DNA of 64,000 bases, from assembly GCA_950097015.1 (NCBI GenBank), contig CATNEN010000001.1:10416001-10480000 (forward strand), written 5' to 3'. Both the position numbers and the translations under genes were made by a program. The DNA is from Macrostomum hystrix (taxonomy: Eukaryota > Animalia > Platyhelminthes). How positions within the stretch are numbered: position 1 is the stretch's first letter; every line of letters starts with the position of its first letter. Positions 13,367 through 25,605 of the stretch are shown here, piece after piece. The notes beneath the pieces are model-generated. The model did no database searches, was not told where the DNA came from, and saw only the letters and a list, made by a program, of their open reading frames with translations.

Positions 13367-14518
13367 ATGTTCCAGCTTGTGGTGCTCCACGGAGACAACT
13401 GTACTCCGCCTGGCGATAACGGCTCGCATCCGCAGCACTCCATCGTCACCATCGGCTTAGTGAAGTCCACCTTTGTTCTGCTGGGCTCCGTTAACCTAGT
13501 GCTCAATACTCTCTGCTTTTTTGTGTTTCTCGGCCAGAAGCAGAAGGAGACAACTGTTCGTCTGCTCCTGCTCATTCTGTCCTTCAACGAGATGCTGACC
13601 AGCTTTGGCATGACCAGCGTTGAAACTGTCCGCATCATGCTGGAGGTGGCTCATCATCGGATTCCCTACTCATCGCCGGCTGTACCCCAGGGCCTGGTGC
13701 ACTACCTCACCATCACCTGGGTGACGGCCAACGCATTCCTCATGGCTAGGAACTGGTCCGTGGTCCTAATCGCCGTTAGTCGCTGCGAAGCTGTTCTCCG
13801 ACCATTCTCTCGCAACACCGGGCGCTGCTGCAGTCATCGCACCCTCATTGTCCTGTCGGGTTTGATCACTCTACTCGGCTTGGCTTCTGCCGTGCCCAAA
13901 GCTTTCCAGGAACGATTTCACTACTGCAGCGACACTGGCGTTGTGTACTACAAGCAGTCGATCAGCCCGTTCCAGTTCTACTCGGAGTTCTACGTTGCTT
14001 CAACATTCTGCCAGGCTGTCCTGCCAGTCCTCATTGTCAGCATGGCTTCCGTCGCGATGACTATTGGACTTCGACGCAATGTCAGGCTGCACCGCGAGGA
14101 CGGTCGAGGCGGCGGCGCTCAGAATATCAAGGCCACCCGCATGATCCAGATCCTTCTGGCAGTGTTTGTCTGCATGGAGATGCCAATGTTTCTGACCATC
14201 CTCATTGGCACCAGGGCTCCGGAGGGTAACCAGTTCTGGGACGCAGTGGTCACTTACGCTATCGGCTTTTCTAATCTGTGCGTCAATCTAGACTCCACCT
14301 GCAACTTCATCATCTACATGGCGACCAATGCCATGTTTCGATCGGCGATTCTGCGCAGAAACGGCAACAGCGGGCGCAACTTCAGAGCCGTCAGCGGGCG
14401 CAGCCTCGTGACGAGAGCCGCCTCGGACAACTGCAGCGTCAAGTCCAGAGGCACAGTCAGGAGACCAGTTGTTCCGCCGCCAATGAGAGAGAAAGTTTAT
14501 CGCACAACTACCATTTGA
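13367..14518 (+). CDS. Intronless rhodopsin-like (class A) orphan GPCR, FMRFamide-receptor-like/Srw-like, 383 aa
   Basis: Seven hydrophobic segments, N-terminal NCT sequon, TM3 end IAVSRC (DRY equivalent), TM5 VLP, KATRM before TM6, TM7 DSTCNFIIY. Confidence 0.9.
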   Translation: MFQLVVLHGDNCTPPGDNGSHPQHSIVTIGLVKSTFVLLGSVNLVLNTLCFFVFLGQKQKETTVRLLLLILSFNEMLTSFGMTSVETVRIMLEVAHHRIPYSSPAVPQGLVHYLTITWVTANAFLMARNWSVVLIAVSRCEAVLRPFSRNTGRCCSHRTLIVLSGLITLLGLASAVPKAFQERFHYCSDTGVVYYKQSISPFQFYSEFYVASTFCQAVLPVLIVSMASVAMTIGLRRNVRLHREDGRGGGAQNIKATRMIQILLAVFVCMEMPMFLTILIGTRAPEGNQFWDAVVTYAIGFSNLCVNLDSTCNFIIYMATNAMFRSAILRRNGNSGRNFRAVSGRSLVTRAASDNCSVKSRGTVRRPVVPPPMREKVYRTTTI

Positions 14519-15513
14519 CGCACCGTTTTAACGTTTTAACCCTGAAATCAGGAGGTCAGAAGTTTTTTAAATAGATTCCAGGCGACATTTCCGCAAGAGA
14601 ATCAGCCTTCACATTTGACTGATTTATTGGTGATAAAGTTCGGAAGTGACTCGCTATTAGAGGATATTGCGTGCAATTTTTAGCAGATAAAATCAATAAA
14701 GATTTGCACTTTCAGCTTTATATTCTGCTCGTCGTCCATAAATATTCTAAGAAGATTTTTATTGCAACAAATCTACCTCTTTAGTTGTGTTGTTGATTAC
14801 GAGTGTAAACCGTGTGCTGCGTTGTGTTTTGTGTCCGTGATTTTATTCAGCGTTATGCGAGCGTAACTCTGCTATTAATAATAGATTTTCTATATTGAAT
14901 CTGCTTGCTTTTAAAGTTTCATTGTCGGCTGTTCTTATTCAAAAAATACTTAACTGTTTCAGTCTGTCTTCTTAAAATATCGCGGATTATATTTTGTTTA
15001 CTTGTTACGAATCATTATTTTAAAACCAGTTTTCATGACGTGACCAACAATCTTAGCACGAAAAATAATACTGTCAGTTAGGCGAGTACTGAAGATATTT
15101 TTTCGCTAGAATTCTAAATTACTCAGATATTCGCGTGCGAGAAGGAGATCTGAAGATGCGGTCTGTGAAAAAAACACAGGTTTGCTAGCAGCGGCATCCA
15201 GAGTCGAAGGAAATATTAAAAAACTGAATTTATTACAGGAGTATCCATTGCACCGTGTTTCACTTTGGCGGTACAAATAAGCAACACTGAGCTGTTTCAG
15301 ACTAACTCTAATAACAGACTGAGTTCACTAATTGGACACGCTTAATAATAAATACTAGGTGAGCTGATTCCAGGGTATTAGAGTATTAGAGTTGCCAGAG
15401 TCAGTCTCAACTCATCGTCAAATTCGGCAACTGAATGCCATTCTATGAAGACTGGCTCAAATTTAGGGAACGTTTACAGTTTGACTGCTTCATTCTCAAA
15501 TGGTTCTTTAAGT

Positions 15514-15825
15514 TCCAAGGTCCCCGAGCTCGATTCCGCGGCGAGGTCACATTCATTTGGGGCGCAGCCGCGGAGAGAAGGCTTGGGGGCTTGTCGTGCA
15601 ATTTACACCTTTGAGGGCCAACCTCCAAGGCACAGTGAGAGTGTACACTGCCTGACCATGAGAAAGTCAGGGCAGATGTACACACCTGTGTGAGCGTACA
15701 CCTGTGCGTACAGTATCCGTGTGCTTGTGTGCTTAGGAGTCAGTGAAGCGGGCAGAATTGCCTCCTCGCTGGCTGCGGTTCTAGTGTCACTAAAGGATGT
15801 GCCACTGCCCGCAGCCCTTCGTATC
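15514..15825 (+). mobile_element. SINE family A, 5'-truncated copy
   Basis: B-box-like GAGCTCGATTCC followed by the same body as the copies at 20.1, 30.9, 34.0 and 35.2 kb. Confidence 0.88.
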
Positions 15826-16764
15826 AAAATCTAGTTCATTCTCTAAAATAATTACGATAAAATGCAAATAATAAAACATTCTTCTGAGAACTGAGAATAT
15901 GATGTCGCGCCGAAAGGAAGCAAGCAGTGTCAGTGCAACCTTAGGTCAGTGGTTGGATTGGGTACAACTGCGGCCTATTCAACTGCCGTAGAGTATGAAA
16001 TAATCATACTTAAATAAATTTGATTTTATCAATGCGTAAATTTTTTTCCAAATTTTTGTTCAAAAGAAATTTGCAGCAGTCGAATCTGCCGAATGTGTTT
16101 CGCGAGTCTTAATTATCCCATGACAGCATCCGGACTTTCACGTGTTCAACGCCGTAAGTCTGCCGGCCTAATGGTCGAGAAATGTAGAAAATGGAATTGA
16201 CTAGACTATGTCCTTGAACTTCGATCAAAGATAGAGTTTTTGTGAGTCAGGAAGTAGACCTTTAATTCACGTTTTAATCATTTTCGCTCGAATGTGAAGT
16301 GAATAATTATCAAAATTTCATGCCGTCAGAGTACAGTAGGACAGGTGTATAGACAAAAATTAAACGAAGCAAAATATGAAGGCGCGTTTCGGTTGCATAG
16401 TTGCTCTTTCATTTCTTGTCGTATGCCTAACTACGGAGGGTAAGAAAGTCTACAACTACGAGTAGTAAAAAAATAGTAAAAACTAGTACTTAAAAAACTA
16501 GACTAGTAAATCTAGTACAATGCTTATTCAAAGGCTAAAAACTAACTGCGCTATAGGAAAGGAGATTATTAATACGAACAAAGAACCTTCATTTTCCTAC
16601 CCCAAGTTCATGTGAATTATGATTGGTAAAAATATGACTGAAGCACCACGTTACCGCTCATAGTAGTAAGAGAAGCTGCATTAACATTTTAAATCCCTTA
16701 AAACTCGTAGAATAACAGTGAAGAAATTACTCATTACTTATGTTTCATCAGGACACTATTAAAT

Positions 16765-18200
16765 TACTTCAGGATTATTTTCAGTTGCCTCCAATTCTTC
16801 AGGACTATCTTCAGTCACCATCAGTCCTTCAGGATTATCTTCAGTCCCATCCAATTCTTCAGGATCATCTTCAGTTCCATCCAATCCTTCAGGATTATCT
16901 TCAGTCCCATCCAATCCTTCAGGATTATCTTCAGTTGCCTCCAATCCTTCAGGATTATCTTCAGTCCCATCCAATCCTTCAGGATTATCTTCAGTCCCAT
17001 CCAATCCTTCAGGATTATCTTCAGCCCCATTCAATCCTTGAGGATTATCTTCAGTCCGATCGAATCCTTCAGGATTATCTTTAGTCCCATCCAATCCTTC
17101 AGGATTATCTTCAGTCCCATCCAATCCTTGAGGATTATCTTCAGTCCGATCGAATCCTTCAGGATTATCTTCAGTCCCATCCAATCCTTGAGGATTATCT
17201 TCAGTCCGATCCAATCCTTGAGGATTATCTTCAGTCCGATCCAATCCTTCAGGATTATCTTCAGTCCCATCCAATCCTTCAGGATTATCTTCAGTCCCAT
17301 CCAATCCTTGAGGATTATCTTCAGTCCGATCCAATCCTTCAGGATTATCTTCAGTCCCATCCAATCCTTCAGGATTATCTTCAGTCCCATCCAATCCTTG
17401 AGGATTATCTTCAGTCCGATCCAATCCTTCAGGATTATCTTCAGTCCCATCAAATCATTCAGGATTATCTTCAGTCCCATCCAATCCTTCAGGATTATCT
17501 TCAGTCCCATCCAATCCTTCGGGATTATCTTAAGTCCCATCCAATCCTTGAGGATTATCTTCAGTCCGATCCAATCCTTCAGGATTATCTTCAGTCCCAT
17601 CCAATCCTTGAGGATTATCTTCAGTCCGATCGAATCCTTCAGGATTATCTTCAGTCCCATCCAATCCTTCAGGATTATCTTCAGTCCCATCCAATCCTTG
17701 AGGATTATCTTCAGTCCGATCCAATCCTTCAGGATTATCTTCAGTCCCATCCAATCCTTGAGGATTATCTTCAGTCCGATCGAATCCTTCAGGATTATCT
17801 TCAGTCCCATCCAATCCTTCAGGATTATCTTCAGTCCCATCCAATCCTTGAGGATTATCTTCAGTCCCATCCAATCCTGCAGGATTATCTTCAGTCCCAT
17901 CCAATCCTTCAGGATTATCTTCAGTCCCATCCAATCCTTCAGGATTATCTTCAGTTCCATCCAATCCTTCAGGATTATCTTCAGTCCGATCCATTTCTTC
18001 GTGATTATCTTCAGTCACATCCAATCCTTCAGGATTATCTTCAGTCTCATCCAATCCTTCAGGATTATCTTCAGTCTCATCCAATCCTTCAGGATTATCT
18101 TCAGTCCCATCCAATTCTTCAGGATAATCTAAAGGTTCCTCCGATTCTTCAGATTTTAATCAGGTACCTACAACTTTTCAGGATAATCTTTAGGTACCTC
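16765..18200. repeat. 30-bp minisatellite (CCAATCCTTCAGGATTATCTTCAGTCCCAT)n
   Basis: About 46 units; explains the six overlapping repetitive ORFs at 16740-18132. Confidence 0.98.
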
Positions 18201-18806
18201 CCGTACTTGCTTACAGGACTTACAGGTAACACCAGTCTTCAGAATTTCTCCCAGCATGCATGAATGGCTCGTCTAAAGCACTAACCTTTTTTAACCAATG
18301 ATATCCCCCAGCGACTCACATTTTGTACTTTTTCCAAGAAAATTGGTAAACAGATAGCAATTTAGGCAAATGTGGGAGCTCTTTTAAAAATGTCGGTCAG
18401 AATTCTTAAAATTCTTAATTGATTAAACTGGTTTAACCAGCTAGCTGTTACAGAGATCAAGAAAAAGTTAATTCATGTTCGTATTCAAGAACTAAGGACA
18501 CTATAAATTTGAGTTAGCAGACAAAAAATGTTATTTTCTACACAGATCTTATAAACAAAAATAAAATAAAAAAGAACTAACTTGGTTGTAATTTTTTGTG
18601 AAAGCATCTGTAATTAAAAACATTATTTTACGAGCTAAAGCAATTATCTTTTGTATCTCTTTCTGATTCGAGAGTTCAATAGGACTGGTCCTCTAGGATT
18701 GGACTAAAATCTCAGCCTCGGTAATCTTAGTATAAAACCCCGGGTGGAACCAGAATCAAGGCATAAAGTCAAAGAACTAGTTTTTTACAAGTGCAACTGC
18801 TCCGAC

Positions 18807-20024
18807 ATGTTCTCATTCAATTCCCTATCCGGAGGTAACTGCTCACAGACTAACATCACTATTCAAGATCCGCGTGTAGTCTATAAGGGCGTCTTCAAGG
18901 GGATATTTGTAACTGTTGGCCTAATCAATTTTGTCCTAAACAGCATCAGCTTCCTGGTGTTCCTCTGTCATCGTCAGAAGGAGAGCATTGTGCGAATGCT
19001 GCTGCTGATCCTGTCTGCTACGGAGTCACTAGCTAGCTTGGGCATGACCAGCGTTGAAGCTATTCGCCTGCTAACTGAGATCCTGCGCGATCGAGTGAAA
19101 TATCCGTCAGTTGCCGTTGCCAGGGCGACCATAAGCTACCTGAGCATCGCGTGGGTTTTAGCCAACACCTTTCTGATGGCCCGCAACTGGTGCATCGTCC
19201 TGATCGCCGTTACGCGTTGCGAAGTCGTCCTCAGACCGTTCTCGCGCAACGGAGTCGGTCGAATCTGCGGCCATCGGATTGTAGTCTGCAATTTTATCGG
19301 CGTCCTGGTGCTGAGCTCCGCGTTCGGCATCCTGAAGGCCTTCCAGGAAAGCTACGCCTTCTGCCCGGAGACGGGGCGTATTTTCAGTATAGCTCGCGTG
19401 CTGCCGTTCAGTTACTACGCCGAATTCTACCTGGCATCAATGTTCTTTCAAGCCGTTCTACCTGTGCTGATTGTCGGCCTGGTCTCCGTTGCCATGACAA
19501 TCGGACTGCGTCGTCGGGCGACATTTGGCCAGGAGCGTCAGAACCAGCCAAACAACCGACGGTGGGAGCCGCGCTACTGCACCAACGGCCAGTCTCGACG
19601 GAACCGCGCCACCCGCATGGTTCAGCTGCTGCTAATCGCCTTCGTGAGCCTGGAGATGCCGATGTTTCTTACCGTCATGGTGGGCATCAAGCTGCCGGAT
19701 GATAGCGAGTTCTGGGACATCTTCATGGCCTACGCCATGGAGGTCACCAACCTCTGTCTGAACCTGGATTCCACTTGCAACTTCTTCATCTACATGAAGA
19801 CGAGTAGCTCCTTCCGTCAGGTGCTGCTGCGCAGACGAAAACGACAATTTGACGCAAGCCAATACCAGCTAAGCCACTCCAGAACTAACAGGAGGCGGCA
19901 GCAGCAGCCGGAGCTGCAGCAGCAGCAGCAGCGTCGCGATCGGCACCGATACCCGCGAAGCATTGAGATGGCTGAGCTGTCGCGGATTTCCACTTCTAGG
20001 GATGAAGTGGCACCGTTTGTCTGA
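18807..20024 (+). CDS. Intronless rhodopsin-like orphan GPCR, paralog of 13367-14518, about 405 aa from the ATG at 18807
   Basis: Shares blocks GMTSVE, FLMARNW, VLRPFSRN, QAVLPVLIV, EMPMFLT and NLDSTCNF with the upstream paralog; Gln/Arg-rich tail. Confidence 0.9.
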   Translation: MFSFNSLSGGNCSQTNITIQDPRVVYKGVFKGIFVTVGLINFVLNSISFLVFLCHRQKESIVRMLLLILSATESLASLGMTSVEAIRLLTEILRDRVKYPSVAVARATISYLSIAWVLANTFLMARNWCIVLIAVTRCEVVLRPFSRNGVGRICGHRIVVCNFIGVLVLSSAFGILKAFQESYAFCPETGRIFSIARVLPFSYYAEFYLASMFFQAVLPVLIVGLVSVAMTIGLRRRATFGQERQNQPNNRRWEPRYCTNGQSRRNRATRMVQLLLIAFVSLEMPMFLTVMVGIKLPDDSEFWDIFMAYAMEVTNLCLNLDSTCNFFIYMKTSSSFRQVLLRRRKRQFDASQYQLSHSRTNRRRQQQPELQQQQQRRDRHRYPRSIEMAELSRISTSRDEVAPFV

Positions 20025-20108
20025 CTTGCCCTGTCGATGTACAGCAAAGCGTAGCTTATCCTAAAGCTGTGTACAGCTATTCAGTCCATGGATGGAGTGA
20101 ACCAGGGG

Positions 20109-20446
20109 TATAATAATAATAATAATAGTTGCAGGAGGACTGCGGGCCGTGGCACACCATTTGGTGACACTAGACCTGCAGCCAGCGAGGAGGCATTTCT
20201 GCCCATTTCGCTGACTCCTGAGCACACACTCAAACAGATCTTGTATGCACACAGGTGTGTACATCTGCCCTGACTTTCTCATCGTCAGGCAGTGCACACT
20301 CTCACTGTGCCTTGGAGGTTGGCCCTAGAGGACGTAAATTGCATGACAAGCCGCCAAGCTGTCTGTCCGTGGCCTCGCCACGGAATCGAGCTCAGGGACC
20401 TTGGTGCGAGAGGCGACCGCTTCAGACGGCTCTGCCACCGACCCCC
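20109..20446 (-). mobile_element. SINE family A, full-length copy nested in a family B remnant
   Basis: Minus strand: A-box GTGGCAGAGCCG, B-box GAGCTCGATTCC, (ATT)n tail; flanking direct repeat TGAACCAG at 20098-20105 and 20447-20454. Confidence 0.9.
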
Positions 20447-23400
20447 TGAACCAGTGGGCTGTGCCCCAGATGGAACTGGCACCCGTTTTATCGAGGTTTG
20501 ACAATAGTTCTTCATCTACTAACTTAAAGATTCTAAGATAATTGAGATATGTAATTAGAAAGCTACACCTGCTATCATTATTTGGATTGTAGTTTAAGGC
20601 AACGTAGGGCTAATTAAGAAAATCACTATGTTAGACTGCCTCGGTATAAGCCACGATATAAAAATGAACAGACCTCCTAAACCTGGAAATTTCTCTTTTT
20701 CTACATTTGCTAATGAACCTTGACAACTACGACACGGCCCTGGCAATTTTCTTTTCAAGTCGTAAAGAAAAATATATTATAACAAAGTCTTGTCTAGAGC
20801 GCAAATGATGAAAGCTTAACTTTTAACTTCTGATCATGAAAACTTTCTAAGGGACTTTGTAGATTAAAAAAATTAGAAATTTGCTGTCGTTTCGTAGGCT
20901 CGTGTAAATAAAAATGAAATTCTGTGAAAAAAAATATTTGAGTTTCGTCTTTTTATTTTCCGTCTTTATAATATTCTTCTTAGCAGAGAAGAGCAGCTGT
21001 TGTTTTGAAATTTCATCTTCCTAAAAAATCTCGAATTCCAAATATATAAAAATAAAAAGCCTGTGACTAAAATATAAACGGATCGAAAGGCTTGTTATTC
21101 AATTTTTTTTTAGGTGAAACAAGCATTAGAGTGTTCTAATTATTTCCGATTTATACATCTAATGATGATTCTAACAAATCAAATCAGATTAAAAATAAAA
21201 TAACCTATGTTTGAGTAGACATAATAATAGATTTAGCATGTGAGCTTGTAATCTGTGTTTTTATTTTGAGTGTTTTGACTGCGACGAAAAAAAGTTTTTC
21301 GTGTGTCAAAGTGCGTCGTAGAAAACTAGCATTGAAAATAATAATTAAAATGATTAACTGCCTATTTCTCAATAAAGCAACTAGCTACTAGCAGTCTACA
21401 TGTCGTTATTTTACATATTAATAGCACTTTATGCAGGGTTTTTTTCATATAAATAAAGAGTTACTGGTATAACACAGTTTTGGTCCAAAAAATATTTTTA
21501 AATCAAAGTTTTTGGATTTCGTTTATTCCTACCGCTAAATCATTCTGCTAAACTTTGGTCTCGTGAAAGTAATTTCATAGAGACTTTACAAAAATGACAC
21601 CACGATAATTTAATCGCGATTCAGTGACGCAGTGACTGTTATTGTCAGGTTGGGGATGAAGGCATTCTCTGTTTACAAACTAACTGATATTTATATGAAA
21701 GTACAGATCTCCTGCATTGCACCCGCATCAAAGCGATCGGTCAAAGTGAAGTATAAAATGAAGCCGCATAATTTTTTTCCTAATTAGTCGTTTAGCCCCG
21801 GCTATAGCAATTTGCTCCACTTTTGTAAGATTCAATTAATTCAATTACTACTCGAATAAGTCCTTAATCTGCAACCCCACAGTCGCATTTCTAGTATTTT
21901 AGTTTCCCATCTCACAAAAAATATCCTATCCTATCCCAGCTCGACCAACCAAACACAGACAGTGGTAACTTCCTGTCACCAGTTGCATTAATTTGCCAGC
22001 TCTCTGCATCTACTAGAATCTCTTTCTTTCTTTAATATTCGATGAAGGGGAAATGAAAATTGTTTGAATATGTGTTTAGTGCGTCGAAAGTTAATCAATT
22101 TATTCTTCCTGGCGAAAACTATATTTCGCCGTGTTACATTATTGTGTGGCGTAAAATATCCGCAATTAACTTCGATTCCCATAAATTATATTTGCTTCAA
22201 ATTTTCCTATCGCTATAGTTCTCACACGCATAATTTCCCCGAAAATAATTACTCATTACAATTAAGTAAGCAGATGAACTTTTTTGTGCAATCCTATTTT
22301 GTTTTTCTGTTGCTGTGGTAGAAAGAAGTTTTTTGAAGAAGTAAAACACATCTTGATTTTTGGCTCTCCGAAATTTATTTTAACCGTATCTCCGAAGATG
22401 TTAATATCGAATTCAAAGTTCACTCCAATGACTTTTTTGCTGTCAGGATGATGACAAATAGTGATATTAGCAAGCCTTTAGACAGTTAATTAGAATCCTT
22501 GACTTTCAAACGTATTTTCGTCCATTTAATCAAATAAAAATGCTATTACTCGCGAATATCTAGAACCATTTGTGTAATTCGATAGCTTAATCTCTTCTAC
22601 AGAGAAACCTTTACAGGAATGAATTGTTTAAAAATAATTGCACAGATCACCTCAAAGGTGTGATGCTCACAAGACTGCCTAATCGTGGATGCGGGATCTC
22701 TGCACAAGCTTGCAAAACAACCTTTCTGCCTTTTCTATGTCCTTCAAATTCTGTCTAAGCCTAATTTGAGCAGTCATGCGACCAGGGAAGTTGCAGTGTG
22801 TGAGCATTGCGCTTTGCATCCACCCAAAAACTCCCTGTTCTTCATGGTTAAGCAATTATCACACATTCCCTTCTAATCCATTTCGTTTCCTGCCTTATCA
22901 ATTTACACAATTTAGCTCCTTATTACAGCTAATTAAACCCGGGAACGGATGCGATCAATCTTGCCTTGATGCTCAGTAGTATACTAGATTGAAGGTGTGC
23001 CACCTTAGCAGGTCGAAGTGCATTAATTGCTCAATATTTCGAAATTATTTTTTACTTCTGATCATGTCACCCAATAAAATGAACAAAAAACTTAATAAAT
23101 ATTCCAAAACTTAGCGGCCTTTGTACTGAGGATACTCACTGAAGCACTTTAATAGAGCAGACTACTGCATCATTGACTCCTGTATCAAAATCTTGATGAG
23201 CGCTAATATCTCCTTGACTTACTGACAGCCGAATGTGGGACCCACATATGGAGGGAGAGGGTGAATTTATGTTTTTATTAGGGAACAAAATAAACAAAAT
23301 TAAAACAGCGGGAGGGAGCGCGGAGAATCGGAGAGTGAGAGAGACAGTATGAGATCTATCTACCTATCTATCTATGCCCATCTGTCAAAAAACGTAAAAC

Positions 23401-23942
23401 ATAATTAAAGGAAAGATTTATCCAAGCAGCACTTGTTTTGTACATGCAACAACACGAATGGGCAGACACACACATTAGCAGTGCCATCAAGCCACGTTAC
23501 CATATATATTATGTTGTGTTACTTCTGTACGTAGGGTATAATTAATGGGACTGATAACATATCTGTTATTTACTAAGCAACGTATCTTTAAAATGCATAT
23601 AATAAATCTACTAATTTTACGTTGCGAGAATGTACTAATGTACCAGCGATTATTGACACTTTCATATAGTACAAAATTAGGATTGATGATGACAGACTGA
23701 AATGCGTTGCACTTTAAAAAGTACTCGCCCACTTCAAAGTACGCACTTTAAATGAATACCAGAGTACTCTATTGCTACGCCCTTAAAGAGTACCAGAGTA
23801 CGAGTACTTAAGAGTGCTCAAAGAGTACACTGTGAAAACACTGCCTTAAACAGAAACTGGGTTCGAGGAACGAAGACAAGTACTTTACTTTTAATTAACA
23901 AAAAATATATAAAAGCAGCGAGATGCAGCCCGGATTAGCAAT

Positions 23943-24108
23943 GTGTTGTATGTTGTAGCCTTCCTTTAGGCTAGTTCGGGACGCTCACACTCTACCTCGC
24001 TCGTCGGTAGTCTCAGGAAGGTGGCGGCCTTAACAGGATCAGTCCAGAGGTTTTCTAACGTGATCTCCGTAGGCCTGGCATTGCATCTGAAGAGGTGTGA
24101 AGTGGTGT
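23943..24108 (-). mobile_element. 5'-truncated 3' end of a non-LTR retrotransposon (ORF2 C-terminus plus CAA-like tail)
   Basis: Minus strand reads TTSHLFRCNARPTEITLENLWTDPVKAATFLRL...stop, then GGCTACAACATACAACAC. HLFxC..PT....LW..P...A.FL resembles LINE ORF2 C-termini; clade not determined. Confidence 0.7.
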
Positions 24109-24406
24109 AAAATTTTACTAATTTTACTGATTAGGCCCCAATGCTATATTGGCCATGCTACTATCCACCTGTACACCTAGTACTATTAACTTTGTCAATA
24201 ACAAATCTGCTAATTTGCCTTTGCTTATCTTGTTGCTTAGGCATCTCATCCAATGATATCAAATAGGCCTAGGCCTACTGATAGTGGCACAACTAGGACA
24301 CTACATTTTCTAGGCACCATATTATATTGTCATATTACACTGCTATAGCTGTTTAAAAAGGAACAAACAAAGATAGTTAGGCTTAAATATCATATTGTCT
24401 ATATTA

Positions 24407-25227
24407 TGTTGTGCACGTGCGCTTGCACTGCTCAAGTGCACTCGCCCCCCCGCGCAAACAAGTGCACTCGCAGTTGTTTTTGGCATTGTTGTTTTGGCGT
24501 TAAAGGCTCAGTGGTGTAAGCCGCTTAGCCGCCATTGTGTTGGCTGCGCGCTGGTTGGCTGGGCCGCCCTTTTTGGTCCTCGCCCCAGGCTGCCCCTCCC
24601 CCAGCTGCGCCGTGATTGGCCGGTGGGTGGCTGGGCCGGGGTGGTGGGTGGGGGTGGGGCGGGGGGGGGCCCCGGCCCTTGGTGAGCCGTGTCCTATAAA
24701 GGCGCGGCCGGGGGCGGGTGGCTGCCCCGTGCGCGTGTTCACGCTCTACAACGCCTGACTACTGTTTCCATAACCCGTCCCCCACGCACAAATAATAACT
24801 AATAAATATCGACCACCCGGTCTGCCAGCCGCAATCAGAAGTCCGCTGCACGAAGTTGACTACACGCACGAGTGCGAGTGAACCAGAAGTAAGTCGCTGC
24901 CTTGTCTCCTTCATTTCGGGGGCTGTAGTGGGGACCGTCCGTGTGTCCTGACGCCGACTAAGGAGGGGGACTAGACCAGGTTGCCAGCCAGGGGTCACCC
25001 TGTACTGTACGCCCGCTGTACTCAGACGCCAGCTTGTGCGCCCTGACGCCCCACTGAAGGGTGATCAACATCACAGCGTCCCGACGCGTGTGCCGGCCAC
25101 TTGGGTGCGTCCTGACGCCCCAGACTTAGGGTCCCGTGCGGACACTCGCGCCCTGACGCAGGCCAGCACGGGCCCGCGTACTCTGACCCTCCTAGGGGCG
25201 TCCCTCCGGGAAGTCGCGAGTACAACA
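24407..25227 (+). mobile_element. Solo LTR (821 bp), probably Ty3/Gypsy type
   Basis: TGTTGTGC...GTACAACA inverted termini; 4-bp TSD ATTA (24403-24406 and 25228-25231); GC-rich island in AT-rich DNA with GC boxes, TATAAA at about 24695 and AATAAA at 24801. Confidence 0.85.
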
Positions 25228-25605
25228 ATTATTATTATAAAAACAAAGCATAGGCCCTATAGAAATATAATGCTTCTAACTTTAACATTATAATCATTTA
25301 TAGTTTTAAATCTAAAATGGATTGTTTAATTTTTTTTTCTTCATTTGTGTATTATTTATTATTCATTTTGTTATTAAAACAGCTGTGTTATAATTGTTGT
25401 TAATGTGATTCCAAATCACAACAACAAAAAGTGCAATTTAAACAGGCAAATATACTTTCTTAATGCTAAACACTAGTTTGGTAAATGTTAGGAGTAGGCT
25501 TTTCAAAATATTTAGCTACATACTTCAATTGTTTTTATTGTCTAATTAGCACACATTTAGACTAGGCCTAATAAATCAATTTCTACAAATATTTATATAT
25601 TTACA

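Noticed and set aside
15740-15816. HDV-like ribozyme in SINE A: GCCTCCTCGCTGGC matches HDV P3/L3, and GCGAAATGGG in other copies resembles J4/2
   Set aside because: The P1 partner lies downstream, the P1.1 GG is missing and the strand order does not fit the nested double pseudoknot. A simple GGCTGCGG...CCGCAGCC 3' stem-loop explains it
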